Assembly (NCBI GenBank): GCA_035533475.1
Contig: DATLTS010000048.1
Span: 52,308 to 116,307, forward strand
From: Mycobacteriales bacterium
Lineage (GTDB): Bacteria > Actinomycetota > Actinomycetes > DATLTS01
Direction of reading: 5' to 3'
DNA length: 64,000 nucleotides
The position numbers and the translations under genes were made by a program. Positions 9,501-22,530 of this stretch are shown in pieces. The notes under the pieces were generated by a model that saw only the letters and a program-made list of their open reading frames with translations, was not told the origin of the DNA and made no database searches. Within the stretch, counting starts at the first letter, position 1, and each line of letters begins with the position of its first letter.

Positions 9501-9949
9501 GGGCGCGGCAGGTGCCGACCCCGGAGGCGATGCGAGCGCTCGGTGCCGAGGTGGCCGGCGACCTCGGGCCGGGCGACCTCGTTCTGGTCATCGGTGCGCT
9601 CGGCGCCGGCAAGACGACGCTCGTCCAGGGCATCGGGGCAGGACTCGGGGTGGCCGATCCGGTGCTGTCCCCGACCTTCGTGCTCGCCCGCGAACACCGC
9701 GGCGGCCGGGTCCCGCTCGTCCACGTCGACGCCTACCGGCTGACCGACGCCGTCGACCCCAGCCGCGAGCTCGACGCTCTGGACCTGGACACCGAGCTGA
9801 CCGATGCCGTCCTCGTCGTCGAATGGGGGGAGGGGCTGGCCGAACGCCTGGCGGGAGACCGGCTGGAAATCCGGCTCGAGCGGGCGCCCGCCGGTGAGGC
9901 ACGGACGGTCACCTTCCGGGCGGTCGGTCCCCGTTGGGCGGGCCGCTGA
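9497..9949 (+). CDS. tsaE: tRNA t6A37 biosynthesis ATPase TsaE
   Basis: 150 aa. It has the Walker A GALGAGKTTLVQG, SPTF and HVDAYRL motifs. Confidence 0.92.
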   Translation: MRARQVPTPEAMRALGAEVAGDLGPGDLVLVIGALGAGKTTLVQGIGAGLGVADPVLSPTFVLAREHRGGRVPLVHVDAYRLTDAVDPSRELDALDLDTELTDAVLVVEWGEGLAERLAGDRLEIRLERAPAGEARTVTFRAVGPRWAGR

Positions 9950-9998
9950 CCGTTCGGCATCTACCCTGAGAGACATCCGATCGGGAGGGGGTTGTCCG

Positions 9999-10721
9999 GT
10001 GGCAAACCGTGGCCGAGCACCGCAAACCAGCCGCCAGCGCAAACTCGCGGCCGCTCAGGCTGCGCAACGCCGAGCCGAGCGCCGGCGCCGACTGCTGCTG
10101 ATTACCGTCGGCCTGGTCATCCTCGGCGCGATCGGCACGGGTGTGGGGATCGGCGTCACCAGCAGCCCCAGCTCCGGTCCGGCGGTGATCGGCGCGATCG
10201 GCCCCGAGCAGATCCCGGTCGAGAGCGGGCCGCTGATCGCCCCGGCTTCTACCGCCGCCACCGGCCAGACCATCGACGGGATCACCTGCTCGGCCCAGGA
10301 GCAGGTGGCCTACCACATCCACGCACACCTGCTGGTTTTCGTCGGCGGCCAGCAGCGGCAGTTGCCGGTCGGGATCGGCACCGTGGCTCCGGTCGTCCAG
10401 CAGTCGGCGCAGGGCGCGTTCGCGCAGGCTTCCCGCTGCTACTACTGGTTGCACGTCCATGCGACGGACGGCATCATCCACATCGAGTCACCGACCAAGA
10501 GGGTGTTCACGCTGGGCAACTTCTTCGACATCTGGCGCCAGCCGCTGGGTCCCAGTCAGGTTGGCGCCGCGACCGGACCGGTCACCGCCTTCGTAAACGG
10601 AAAGACCTACACCGGAAATCCGGCGGCCATCCCGCTGACCGCACACGAAGACATCCAACTCGACGTCGGCTCGCCGATCGTCGCCGCCGAGTCGGTCGAC
10701 TGGTCCCGGGCGTCGCTCTGA
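9999..10721 (+). CDS. membrane-anchored exported protein of unknown function with His-rich motifs
   Basis: GTG 9999 is preceded by GGGAGGGG at 9983-9990. A basic N-terminus is followed by the TM segment LLLITVGLVILGAIGTGVGIGV. Motifs YHIHAHL and CYYWLHVHATDGIIHIES are present, along with two Cys residues. The GC3 pattern is coding-like. Confidence 0.7.
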   Translation: MANRGRAPQTSRQRKLAAAQAAQRRAERRRRLLLITVGLVILGAIGTGVGIGVTSSPSSGPAVIGAIGPEQIPVESGPLIAPASTAATGQTIDGITCSAQEQVAYHIHAHLLVFVGGQQRQLPVGIGTVAPVVQQSAQGAFAQASRCYYWLHVHATDGIIHIESPTKRVFTLGNFFDIWRQPLGPSQVGAATGPVTAFVNGKTYTGNPAAIPLTAHEDIQLDVGSPIVAAESVDWSRASL

Positions 10722-10726
10722 CCCGC

Positions 10727-11386
10727 GTGCTCCTGCTCGGACTCGACACGTCGACGCCGGCGACCACGGTGGCGGTTCTCGACGGCCCCCGGGTGCTCGC
10801 GTCCGGGACCGCCGTGGACGCCCGCCGCCATGGCGAGCTGCTGGCGCCGCTGATCGCGGCCACCCTGCGCGACGCGGGCGCTCGCCCGGGCGATCTCACG
10901 GCGGTGGCGGCCGGCGTCGGCCCTGGCCCGTTCACCGGCCTGCGGATCGGCCTGGTGACCGCCGCCGCGCTCGGCGATGCGATCGGCATCCCGACGTACG
11001 GGGTCGGCTCCCTCGACGCGCTGGCCGGTGCGCATCCGGGCCCCCTTACCGTGGTCACCGACGCCCGGCGGCGGGAGGTCTACTGGGCGAGCTACGACCC
11101 GGGCGGGACCCGGGTTGCCGGGCCGGCTGTCGACCTTCCGCGGGTGCTCGCCGGGCGGTTGCCGTCAGGCGAGCGGCTCGCCGGCGCCGGCGCTCGGCTC
11201 TACGAGGGCGACTTCGCGGGCTTCCCGGTGATCCCGGACAGCGACTACCCGGCGGCGGCCATGGTGGCCCGGCTGGCCCTGCCGCGGGCGGAGTCGGGTT
11301 GCCCGACCGAGCCGCTCACCCCGCTCTACCTGCGTCGCCCGGACGCCACACCACCGGGCCCACCCAAGGCGGTGCTGCGCCGGTGA
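10727..11386 (+). CDS. tsaB: tRNA t6A37 biosynthesis protein TsaB
   Basis: [17 protein letters not shown] is the typical TsaB N-terminus, and [11 protein letters not shown] is present. The start at GTG 10727 is chosen by hand; CTG 10718 is an alternative. Confidence 0.9.
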   Translation: MLLLGLDTSTPATTVAVLDGPRVLASGTAVDARRHGELLAPLIAATLRDAGARPGDLTAVAAGVGPGPFTGLRIGLVTAAALGDAIGIPTYGVGSLDALAGAHPGPLTVVTDARRREVYWASYDPGGTRVAGPAVDLPRVLAGRLPSGERLAGAGARLYEGDFAGFPVIPDSDYPAAAMVARLALPRAESGCPTEPLTPLYLRRPDATPPGPPKAVLRR

Positions 11387-11832
11387 CCGCTGGGCTGCGG
11401 CCGATGGCGGAGGCGGACATCCCGGCGCTGCTGGACATCGAGCGGGACCTGTTCGGGGCCGAGGCCTGGTCGAGCGTGTTGTTCCGGTCCGAGCTCGCGG
11501 AGATCGAGACCCGGGGCTACGTCGTGGCGGCCGATCCCGCCGGGATCGTCGGCTACGCCGGTCTGTGCGCGTATCCCGACGACGCCTGGGTGCAGACGCT
11601 GGCCGTTCGCCGGGACCGCTGGGGCGCCGGAGTCGGGCGGATGCTCGTCGAGTGGATGCTCGCCGAAGCGTCCCGGCGTGGCCGCCGACGGGTCGGGCTC
11701 GAGGTGCGCGCGGACAACCGTCGAGCGCAGGACCTCTACCGACGGTTCGGCTTCGAGCCGATCGCGACCCGGCGCGGCTACTACCAGCCGAGCAACGTGG
11801 ACGCCGTCATCATGCAACGGGAGATCGGGTGA
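11383..11832 (+). CDS. rimI: ribosomal-protein-alanine N-acetyltransferase (GNAT)
   Basis: GTG 11383 overlaps the tsaB stop. It has the GNAT loop [13 protein letters not shown] and YRRFGF, and sits between tsaB and tsaD. Confidence 0.88.
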   Translation: MTAGLRPMAEADIPALLDIERDLFGAEAWSSVLFRSELAEIETRGYVVAADPAGIVGYAGLCAYPDDAWVQTLAVRRDRWGAGVGRMLVEWMLAEASRRGRRRVGLEVRADNRRAQDLYRRFGFEPIATRRGYYQPSNVDAVIMQREIG

Positions 11833-12860
11833 GCGCGGAGCCGATCGTCCTCGGCATCGAGACTTCCTGCGATGAGACGGGGATCGGTCTGGTCCGGGGG
11901 CGGTCTCTGCTCGCCGGCGCGGTCGCCTCGAGCGTCGCGGCCCACGCCCGGTTCGGCGGGGTCATCCCGGAGGTCGCGAGCCGGGCCCACCTGGAGGCCA
12001 TGGTGCCGACGGTGAACCGGGCCCTGCGCCAGGCGGGCCTACGCCACCGGGACGTCGACGCGGTCGCGGTGACGGCCGGGCCGGGCCTGGCCGGGGCGCT
12101 GCTCGTCGGTGTGGCCGCTGCGAAGGCGTACGCGCTAGCGCTCGAGGTCCCCCTCTACGGGGTGCACCATCTCGTCGCCCACGTCGCCGTCGACACGATC
12201 GAACACGGCCCCCTGCCGGTGCCGGTCGTGGCGTTGCTCGTATCCGGCGGCCACACCTCGCTGGTTCTGGTGCGGTCGCTGACCGACCCGGTGGTACCGC
12301 TCGGGTCGACCATGGACGACGCCGCCGGCGAAGCGTTCGACAAGGTCGCCCGGCTGCTCGGGATGCCGTTCCCGGGCGGTCCGCCGATCGACCGGGCGGC
12401 GGCCGGCGGCGACCCGGCGGCCATCGCGTTCCCGCGAGCCCTGACCGGGCCCGGGGATTCCCTCGACTTCTCCTTCTCCGGGGTTAAGACGGCGGTGGCT
12501 CGCTGGGTGGAAGCCCGCCGGGCGGTCGGCCAGGACCTGCCGCTCGCCGACCTCGCCGCCTCCTTCCAGGAGGCGGTAGCCGACGTGCTCACCGCCAAGG
12601 CGGTCGCCGCCTGCCGCCGGGAGGGGGTCCGTGACCTTGTCCTCGGCGGCGGCGTCGCCGCCAACTCCCGCCTGCGCAGCCTCGCCGCCGAGCGCTGCGC
12701 CGCCGCCGGGCTCCGCCTCCGGATGCCCGCCCCTGCCCTGTGCACCGACAACGGAGCCATGGTCGCCGTGCTCGGCGCCGCGCTCTGCGCCGCCGGGGCC
12801 AGCCCCTCCGATCTCGAGTTCGCCGCGGACCCGGGCCTGCTCTTGGCCGGTGCCCGGTGA
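11829..12860 (+). CDS. tsaD: tRNA N6-adenosine threonylcarbamoyltransferase
   Basis: GTG 11829 overlaps the rimI stop. It has the [12 protein letters not shown]-terminus, SGGHT and ALCTDNGAM. Confidence 0.96.
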   Translation: MSAEPIVLGIETSCDETGIGLVRGRSLLAGAVASSVAAHARFGGVIPEVASRAHLEAMVPTVNRALRQAGLRHRDVDAVAVTAGPGLAGALLVGVAAAKAYALALEVPLYGVHHLVAHVAVDTIEHGPLPVPVVALLVSGGHTSLVLVRSLTDPVVPLGSTMDDAAGEAFDKVARLLGMPFPGGPPIDRAAAGGDPAAIAFPRALTGPGDSLDFSFSGVKTAVARWVEARRAVGQDLPLADLAASFQEAVADVLTAKAVAACRREGVRDLVLGGGVAANSRLRSLAAERCAAAGLRLRMPAPALCTDNGAMVAVLGAALCAAGASPSDLEFAADPGLLLAGAR

Positions 12861-13147
12861 GTACGGCGGTGCGGATGTGGGAGGCCCGGGTCGCGCCCGG
12901 TCGACTGGACGCCGCCCTGGCCTGGGTCGCCGACGAGATCGTGGCGGCCGCGCGGGCCGCCGGAGTCGGCTCCTACGAGCTCTGCTCCAGCACCGGGCCG
13001 GACGAGCGCATCGTCCTCGTCACCCGATGGCCGGCCGGGGTCGGGTTCGCCGAACCTGACCCGCCGGCCGGGCTCCTGTTGCGCGCGCAGGCTTGGGTGT
13101 TCGAGCTCGTGACCGCGTTCCCCGGGCCGGGATCCGACCCGGATTGA
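12857..13147 (+). CDS. small hypothetical protein, possibly an ABM/dimeric alpha-beta-barrel fold
   Basis: GTG 12857 overlaps the tsaD stop (ATG 12875 is an alternative). It is about 96 aa, and [18 protein letters not shown]...RIVLVTRWP resembles ABM-domain proteins. Similarity is weak. Confidence 0.5.
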   Translation: MSTAVRMWEARVAPGRLDAALAWVADEIVAAARAAGVGSYELCSSTGPDERIVLVTRWPAGVGFAEPDPPAGLLLRAQAWVFELVTAFPGPGSDPD

Positions 13148-13172
13148 CGGTCCCGGGCGGGTGGCATAGGCT
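13144..13172 (+). promoter_or_regulatory. candidate groES promoter (TTGACG-N17-TAGGCT)
   Basis: The -35 is at 13144-13149 and the -10 at 13167-13172. The -10 abuts the CIRCE operator, which is the classical groESL arrangement. Confidence 0.5.
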
Positions 13173-13197
13173 GGCACTCGGCACGTGAGAGTGCCAA
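13171..13197. promoter_or_regulatory. CIRCE operator (HrcA binding site)
   Basis: CTGGCACTC-N9-GAGTGCCAA, compared with the consensus TTAGCACTC-N9-GAGTGCTAA. It lies 90 nt upstream of the groES start. Confidence 0.85.
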
Positions 13198-13286
13198 CGC
13201 GACGAGGCTGACTGACACCCGCGACGGCAGGAAGCCAGGTCGAAAGCGTTCCCTACGACGTCCCGTGAGAAGGGGGAGGTCAGGTC

Positions 13287-15282
<1,996 letters not shown>

Positions 15283-15291
15283 CCTGCGCCG

Positions 15292-16200
15292 GTGAGCCAG
15301 GACCTTCCGTCGCTGCTGGCGGCCGGGGAACGCGCGGTGTTCCACGGTCCGCCGGCCAGAGCGGTCGGTCTGCTCGAGCAGGCGATGGCACTCGCCGAGG
15401 CGGAGGGTCGCCGGGCCGAGGTCACCGCAGCCGGCTGGCTGCTTGGGGTCGCCCTGGCCTCCCAGGGGCGGCTCGGCCGCGCCGTGGCGCTGCTCGAGCC
15501 GCTGGTCGGGGCCGGTGAGCAGGCCGATGCGCCGGAGATACGGCTCTTCGGTTCGCTGGCCGCGGCCACGATGGCCAGCGTCCACCGGCAGCTCGGGCGG
15601 CACCAGGTCGCCTGGGGATTCGACGAGCGTGGCCTGGGGCTGAGCGAAGGTCGGGGCGAGGCGGCGTTCGATTGCCGGCTCGGCCTGGCCTCCGACGCCG
15701 TCGGCCTGGAGGACGTGTCGGCCGCCCGGCTCGGGCTCGACGCCGCCGCCGAACTGGTCACCGGCCGCGAGGACTGGTGGCGACAGCGGGTCCGGCTCGA
15801 CTGGGTCCGCGCCGAGATCGCCCTGCTCGTCGGTGAACCGACCGAGGCCGTGGGTCTCGCGGTCGCTGCGGTCGACCGGGCCGAACATTCACGTGCGCCG
15901 CGCCACGTCGCGAAGGGCCTGCTCTTTCAAGGGGTGGCCGAGGTCCAGGTCGATACCGATGCGGCGACCGGCACTTTGCGCCGGGCGGCCAGCCTCGCCG
16001 AAGGTCTGGGCACCCTGCCGCTGATCTGGCCGGCCCGGGCGCTGCTCGGGGCGCTGCTCGTGGACCGGGCACCAGACGAGAGCGCCCGCTGCCTGGCGTC
16101 GGCCCGATCCGCGGTGCTGGCGATCGCGGCCGATCTGGCGCCGGAGATCCGCGACGAATGGCTCAGCCGTCCAGACGTCAGCGCCTTGCTCGAGGGCTGA
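15292..16200 (+). CDS. hypothetical Ala/Leu-rich helical-repeat (TPR-like) protein
   Basis: 302-aa ORF starting 9 nt after the groEL stop. It has a clean GC3 pattern and repeated hydrophobic helical heptad-like segments. I recognise no catalytic motif. Confidence 0.6.
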   Translation: MSQDLPSLLAAGERAVFHGPPARAVGLLEQAMALAEAEGRRAEVTAAGWLLGVALASQGRLGRAVALLEPLVGAGEQADAPEIRLFGSLAAATMASVHRQLGRHQVAWGFDERGLGLSEGRGEAAFDCRLGLASDAVGLEDVSAARLGLDAAAELVTGREDWWRQRVRLDWVRAEIALLVGEPTEAVGLAVAAVDRAEHSRAPRHVAKGLLFQGVAEVQVDTDAATGTLRRAASLAEGLGTLPLIWPARALLGALLVDRAPDESARCLASARSAVLAIAADLAPEIRDEWLSRPDVSALLEG

Positions 16201-16310
16201 GTCAGCCGGCCCGCCGGGTGCTTCAGGTCCCCGGGGCGGCATGCCGATGAGCTAATCGAGGCGCGATGCGAGCGCGTCCGACCACCCCACGGCGGTCAGT
16301 GAGGAGACGC

Positions 16311-16916
16311 GTGACCACGGTTCTGATCTGCGACGATCACCGGATCACCCGCGAGGGGTTGCGGGCCTCGCTGGCGACCCTCCCGGGGGTCGACCGGGTC
16401 GAAACCGCGGCCAGCGGGGAAGAGGTGCTCGCCCGCTTCTCGAGCGTGCGCCCGGACGTGGTTCTGATGGATGTCGAAATGCCGGGTCTCGGCGGCCTGG
16501 AGACGATTCGAAGGCTTGTCCGGACCCATCCCGCCGCGCAGATCCTCATGCTCACGGCCCCCGGCGACCGGGACCGGGTGGTCCAGGGCATTGCCGGGGG
16601 GGCCCGCGGCTACCTGGCCAAAGATGCGTCCCGGGCCGAACTAGGGGCGGCGGTTGCGACCGCCCTGGCCGGCCCGTCCGAGCATGCACCAGCCCAGCCG
16701 GTCGTCGCCGCGGAGCTCCCCCCGCCGCTCACCGAGCGTGAATTGCAGGTTCTGCACGGCATGGCCGACGGCAAGAGCAACAACCAGATCGGCCGGGACC
16801 TCTTCCTGTCCGAGGACACCGTGAAGACCCACGCGCGTCGACTGTTCCGCAAGCTCGGCGTCGGCGACCGCGCCCAGGCCGTGGCGCTGGGTTTCCGCTG
16901 GGGTCTCGTTCGCTGA
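16311..16916 (+). CDS. NarL/FixJ-family response regulator, BldM-like
   Basis: GTG 16311 is preceded by GAGGAG at 16301-16306 (the ORF is open from 16266). The receiver has DD (VLICDDH), D (VVLMDVEMPG), T (LMLTA) and K (YLAKDA). The GerE/LuxR HTH reads TERELQVL...NNQIGRDLFLSEDTVKTHARRLFRKLGVGDRAQAVALGFRWGLV, which matches my recollection of the Streptomyces BldM C-terminus. No kinase gene is adjacent. Confidence 0.85.
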   Translation: MTTVLICDDHRITREGLRASLATLPGVDRVETAASGEEVLARFSSVRPDVVLMDVEMPGLGGLETIRRLVRTHPAAQILMLTAPGDRDRVVQGIAGGARGYLAKDASRAELGAAVATALAGPSEHAPAQPVVAAELPPPLTERELQVLHGMADGKSNNQIGRDLFLSEDTVKTHARRLFRKLGVGDRAQAVALGFRWGLVR

Positions 16917-16921
16917 CCGAC

Positions 16922-17602
16922 ATGACTGACGACGCCTCAGACAAGCCGGCCGCTGCGGCCGGCCTTCCGCCGCCGCGGGCCGGCGAGCCCGAACCCGACG
17001 GCGGGGTCGACTGGCTGGAGATCGCCCGCCAGCGGGCGCCGACCGATGCCCTCTCGTGGGACGACGACGGCCCCGAGCCACCCGATCCGGACACCGTCCA
17101 GATGGTCCTCCGCGCGCTGCGTGAACGCACCTCGATGGAAGCGGACGCCGCAATCGCCTCCCTCACCCCGCTCCAGCGACCGGCCGCCCGCGGTCGCTCG
17201 GGCCGCCGCGGCGCAGTGGTCGCGGGCCTCGCCGCCGCGGTGCTGTCTGTGGGTGGGGTGGCAGCGGCGGTCACGGCCGGGCCGGGCAGCCTGCTATATC
17301 CGCTGCACGAAGTGCTGACCGGCCACCACCGGGTCACGCCCCCGCGGAAGACCTCCCCCGCTCCGGTCCCGCCGGGCGCGTCGACCGGCTCCCCGGCCGG
17401 CCCGGCGCCCACCGTCCGGGCCACGCCCGACGCCGGATCGCCCTCCCGGCACCGCTCCGCTCCGACCCGGATGCCGACGCCGAGCGGCCAGCGCTCCACA
17501 AGGCGCCCGCCGAGCGTCACGCCGCCCGTCCCGTCCCCGGCGGGGGCCGGACACAAGCCGGCGCACCCGGGCCCGGACAGGACCCCCCCGCGCGGAGGCT
17601 GA
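16922..17602 (+). CDS. single-pass membrane protein with anti-sigma-factor-like architecture (RsdA-like juxtamembrane motif)
   Basis: 226 aa, starting 5 nt after the regulator stop. An acidic cytosolic N-terminus is followed by the TM segment AVVAGLAAAVLSVGGVAAAV, then PGSLLYPLHEVL, then a Pro/Ser/Thr-rich tail. Mtb RsdA has ...PGDLLYGLH... after its TM segment, as I recall. Confidence 0.55.
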   Translation: MTDDASDKPAAAAGLPPPRAGEPEPDGGVDWLEIARQRAPTDALSWDDDGPEPPDPDTVQMVLRALRERTSMEADAAIASLTPLQRPAARGRSGRRGAVVAGLAAAVLSVGGVAAAVTAGPGSLLYPLHEVLTGHHRVTPPRKTSPAPVPPGASTGSPAGPAPTVRATPDAGSPSRHRSAPTRMPTPSGQRSTRRPPSVTPPVPSPAGAGHKPAHPGPDRTPPRGG

Positions 17603-17614
17603 CGCCCGGCCGGG

Positions 17615-19648
<2,034 letters not shown>

Positions 19649-19654
19649 CGACCG

Positions 19655-20773
19655 ATGGCTGACGTCGAGATCGGCAGGGGCAAGACCGCCCGCCGGGCCT
19701 ACGGGCTCGACGACGTCACGATCGTCCCCTCCCGGCGGACCCGCGATCCGGAGGACGTGTCGCTGGCCTGGGAGATCGACGCCTACCGGTTCGAGATCCC
19801 GATCGTCGCCAGCCCGACCGACAGCGTGGTGTCGCCGGCCACGGCCGCGGAGATCGGCCGGCTCGGCGCCCTCGGCGTGCTCCACCTCGAGGGTCTGTGG
19901 ACCAGGTACGACGATCCGGAACCGTTGCTCGACGAGATCGCTTCCTTCGACTTCAACGATGAGACCACCGCCACCCGCCGGCTCCAGCAGATCTACGCTG
20001 CCCCGATCCGTGAGGAGCTGATCGGCAAGCGGGTCGCGGAGCTGCGGGCTTCCGGCGTCACCACCGCCGCGGCGCTCTCCCCGCAGCACACGGTGCGCCA
20101 CCACCGCGCGGTGCTCGATGCCGGCGTCGACATCCTCGTCATCCGCGGCACGCTGGTCTCGGCCGAGCACGTCTCCACCGGAGCGGAGCCGCTCAACCTC
20201 AAGGAGTTCATCGCTGACCTCGACGTGCCGGTCATCGTCGGGGGCTGCGCGAACTACCAGGCGGCGCTGCACCTCATGCGCACCGGAGCGGCCGGGGTTC
20301 TCATCGGGGTCGGACGTGGCGCCGCCCGCCGGACCCGCGGCGTGCTCGGGGTCGGTGTCCCGCTGGCGACCGCCCTCGCCGACGCCGCGGCGGCCCGGCG
20401 GGACTACCTCGACGAGTCCGGCGGCCGGTACGTCCATGTCATCGCCGACGGGTCGATCACTGGAGCGGCCGACGTCGCCAAAGCGATCGCGTGCGGCGCG
20501 GACGCGGCGATGATCGGCTCGCCGCTCGCCCGGGCCGCGGAGGCGCCGGGGCGCGGTTGGCATTGGGGGCTGGAGGCGGCCCACCCGACGTTGCCGCGGG
20601 GCGCCCGCATCCCGGCCACGCCGATCGGCACGCTGGAACAGGTCCTGATCGGCCCGTCCACCGTCACCGACGGCTCGATGAACCTGGCCGGCGCGCTGCG
20701 CCGTGCGCTCGCGACCTGCGGATACTCGACGATCAAGGAGTTCCAGCGGGTGGAGGTCGTCGTCGACAGCTGA
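19655..20773 (+). CDS. guaB3: GuaB3-type IMPDH-related protein (no CBS domains)
   Basis: 372 aa. It has YGLDDVTIVPSRRTRDPEDV and an IMPDH/GMPR barrel without a CBS insert, and lies immediately after guaB as in mycobacteria. Confidence 0.9.
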   Translation: MADVEIGRGKTARRAYGLDDVTIVPSRRTRDPEDVSLAWEIDAYRFEIPIVASPTDSVVSPATAAEIGRLGALGVLHLEGLWTRYDDPEPLLDEIASFDFNDETTATRRLQQIYAAPIREELIGKRVAELRASGVTTAAALSPQHTVRHHRAVLDAGVDILVIRGTLVSAEHVSTGAEPLNLKEFIADLDVPVIVGGCANYQAALHLMRTGAAGVLIGVGRGAARRTRGVLGVGVPLATALADAAAARRDYLDESGGRYVHVIADGSITGAADVAKAIACGADAAMIGSPLARAAEAPGRGWHWGLEAAHPTLPRGARIPATPIGTLEQVLIGPSTVTDGSMNLAGALRRALATCGYSTIKEFQRVEVVVDS

Positions 20774-20802
20774 GCGGCCGGCGCGGCGACTACCATCCCG
20801 GC

Positions 20803-22530
20803 ATGAGCGACAGCGGTCTCGGTGGCGGCCTCGACTATGACGTGCTCGTCGTGGGCAGCGGGTTCGGGGGCAGCGTCACCGCGCTGCGGCTCACCGAGAA
20901 GGGCTACCGGGTCGGCGTCCTCGAATCCGGCCGCCGCTTCACCCCGGAGACTCTTCCGAAGACGAGCTGGGACCTGCGCAGCTTCCTGTGGGCCCCCCGG
21001 CTCGGCTGCTACGGCATCCAGCGGATCAACCTGCTCAACGATGTCGTGGTGCTGTCCGGGGCCGGGGTGGGCGGTGGCTCCCTGGTCTACGCAAACACGC
21101 TCTACGAGCCGCTCGACGCGTTCTTCAGCGATCCGCAGTGGCAGCACATCACCGACTGGCGGGACGAGCTGGCGCCCTTCTACGACCAGGCCAAGCGGAT
21201 GCTCGGGGTCACCGAGAACCCGACGATGACCGCGGCGGACGAGGCGATGCTCTCGGTCGCCGAGGACATGGGGGTCGGGCACACCTTCCACCGCACCCCG
21301 GTCGGGGTCTTCTTCGGCGAGCCCGGCCGTACCGTCGAGGACCCCTACTTCGGTGGGGCGGGCCCGGCTCGAACCGGATGCACCGAATGCGGCAACTGCA
21401 TGATCGGTTGCCGGGTGGGGGCGAAGAACCGGCTCGACGTCACCTATCTCTATCTCGCCGAGCGTGGGGGTGCGGTCGTCCACCCGGAGACCACCGTGAC
21501 CTCGGTCGCCCCCCGACCGCAGGGCGGTTACACCGTGCGCACGGCACCGAGCCGCCGGTGGCGGCGCGGTGGGGACGGGGCGCGCACCTTCACCGCGGGT
21601 CAGGTGGTCTTCGCCGCCGGGGCGCTCGGTACCCAACGGCTGCTGCACGCGCTGCGCGACGAGGGCGTCCTACCGAACCTGTCGACGCGGCTCGGCGAGC
21701 TGACCAGGACCAACTCCGAGGCGCTGCTCGGGGCGATGGCGCGAACCCGCGACATCGACTATTCGCACGGGGTGGCGATCACCTCGTCGTTTCACCCGGA
21801 CCCCAGCACGCACATCGAGCCGGTTCGCTACGGGCCGGGCAGCAATGCGATGGGCCTGCTCGCGACGGTCCTCACCGACGGCGGCCCCGGTGGCCCGCGC
21901 TGGTGGAAGTGGCTTCAGGCGGTGGCGCGGCACCCGCGGGACTTCCTCCGCTCGCTCATCCCGCGGGGCTGGTCGCAGCGCACCATCATCGCCCTAGTCA
22001 TGCAGTCGCTCGACAACTCGCTCACCGTCACCCGAAAGCGCGGACTGTTCGGTCCCCGGCTGACCTCGAGGCAGGGGCACGGGGACCCCAACCCCACCTG
22101 GATCCCGGTCGGCAACGACGCCGTGCGCCGGCTCGCGGCGAAGATCGGGGGGGCGCCGGGCGGCGCCTGGGGCGACCTCGCCAACGTGCCGATGACCGCG
22201 CACATCATCGGGGGTTGCGTCATAGGCGACAGCGCGGACGCCGGTGTCATCGATCCGTTCCACCGGGTGTACGGGTACCCGGGTCTGCACGTGGTGGACG
22301 GCTCGGCGGTCTCCGCAAACCTCGGGGTCAACCCGTCGCTCACCATCACCGCCCTGGCCGAACGCGCGATGGCCTTCTGGCCCAACCGTGCGGAGCCGGA
22401 CCCGCGGCCACCGCTGGGCGCGCCGTACCGGCGGGTTTCACCGGTGCAACCGGTCGCGCCGATCGTGCCGGCGCACGCGCCGGCCGCGCTGCGACTGACG
22501 CCTGCCCCGGCCGCCGAGCGCCCCGCATGA
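20803..22530 (+). CDS. choD: GMC-family FAD oxidoreductase (cholesterol-oxidase-like)
   Basis: ATG 20803. It has the FAD fold [13 protein letters not shown], a C-terminal GMC motif HIIGGCVIG...VVDGS, and a position after guaB3 as for Rv3409c. Confidence 0.85.
   Translation: MSDSGLGGGLDYDVLVVGSGFGGSVTALRLTEKGYRVGVLESGRRFTPETLPKTSWDLRSFLWAPRLGCYGIQRINLLNDVVVLSGAGVGGGSLVYANTLYEPLDAFFSDPQWQHITDWRDELAPFYDQAKRMLGVTENPTMTAADEAMLSVAEDMGVGHTFHRTPVGVFFGEPGRTVEDPYFGGAGPARTGCTECGNCMIGCRVGAKNRLDVTYLYLAERGGAVVHPETTVTSVAPRPQGGYTVRTAPSRRWRRGGDGARTFTAGQVVFAAGALGTQRLLHALRDEGVLPNLSTRLGELTRTNSEALLGAMARTRDIDYSHGVAITSSFHPDPSTHIEPVRYGPGSNAMGLLATVLTDGGPGGPRWWKWLQAVARHPRDFLRSLIPRGWSQRTIIALVMQSLDNSLTVTRKRGLFGPRLTSRQGHGDPNPTWIPVGNDAVRRLAAKIGGAPGGAWGDLANVPMTAHIIGGCVIGDSADAGVIDPFHRVYGYPGLHVVDGSAVSANLGVNPSLTITALAERAMAFWPNRAEPDPRPPLGAPYRRVSPVQPVAPIVPAHAPAALRLTPAPAAERPA

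Noticed and set aside
20988-22526. 513-codon upstream extension of the guaA frame, which would give a 1034-aa ORF.
   Set aside because: It overlaps the well-supported choD-like gene in another frame. The guaA N-terminus ([22 protein letters not shown]) begins at ATG 22527, which overlaps the choD stop.
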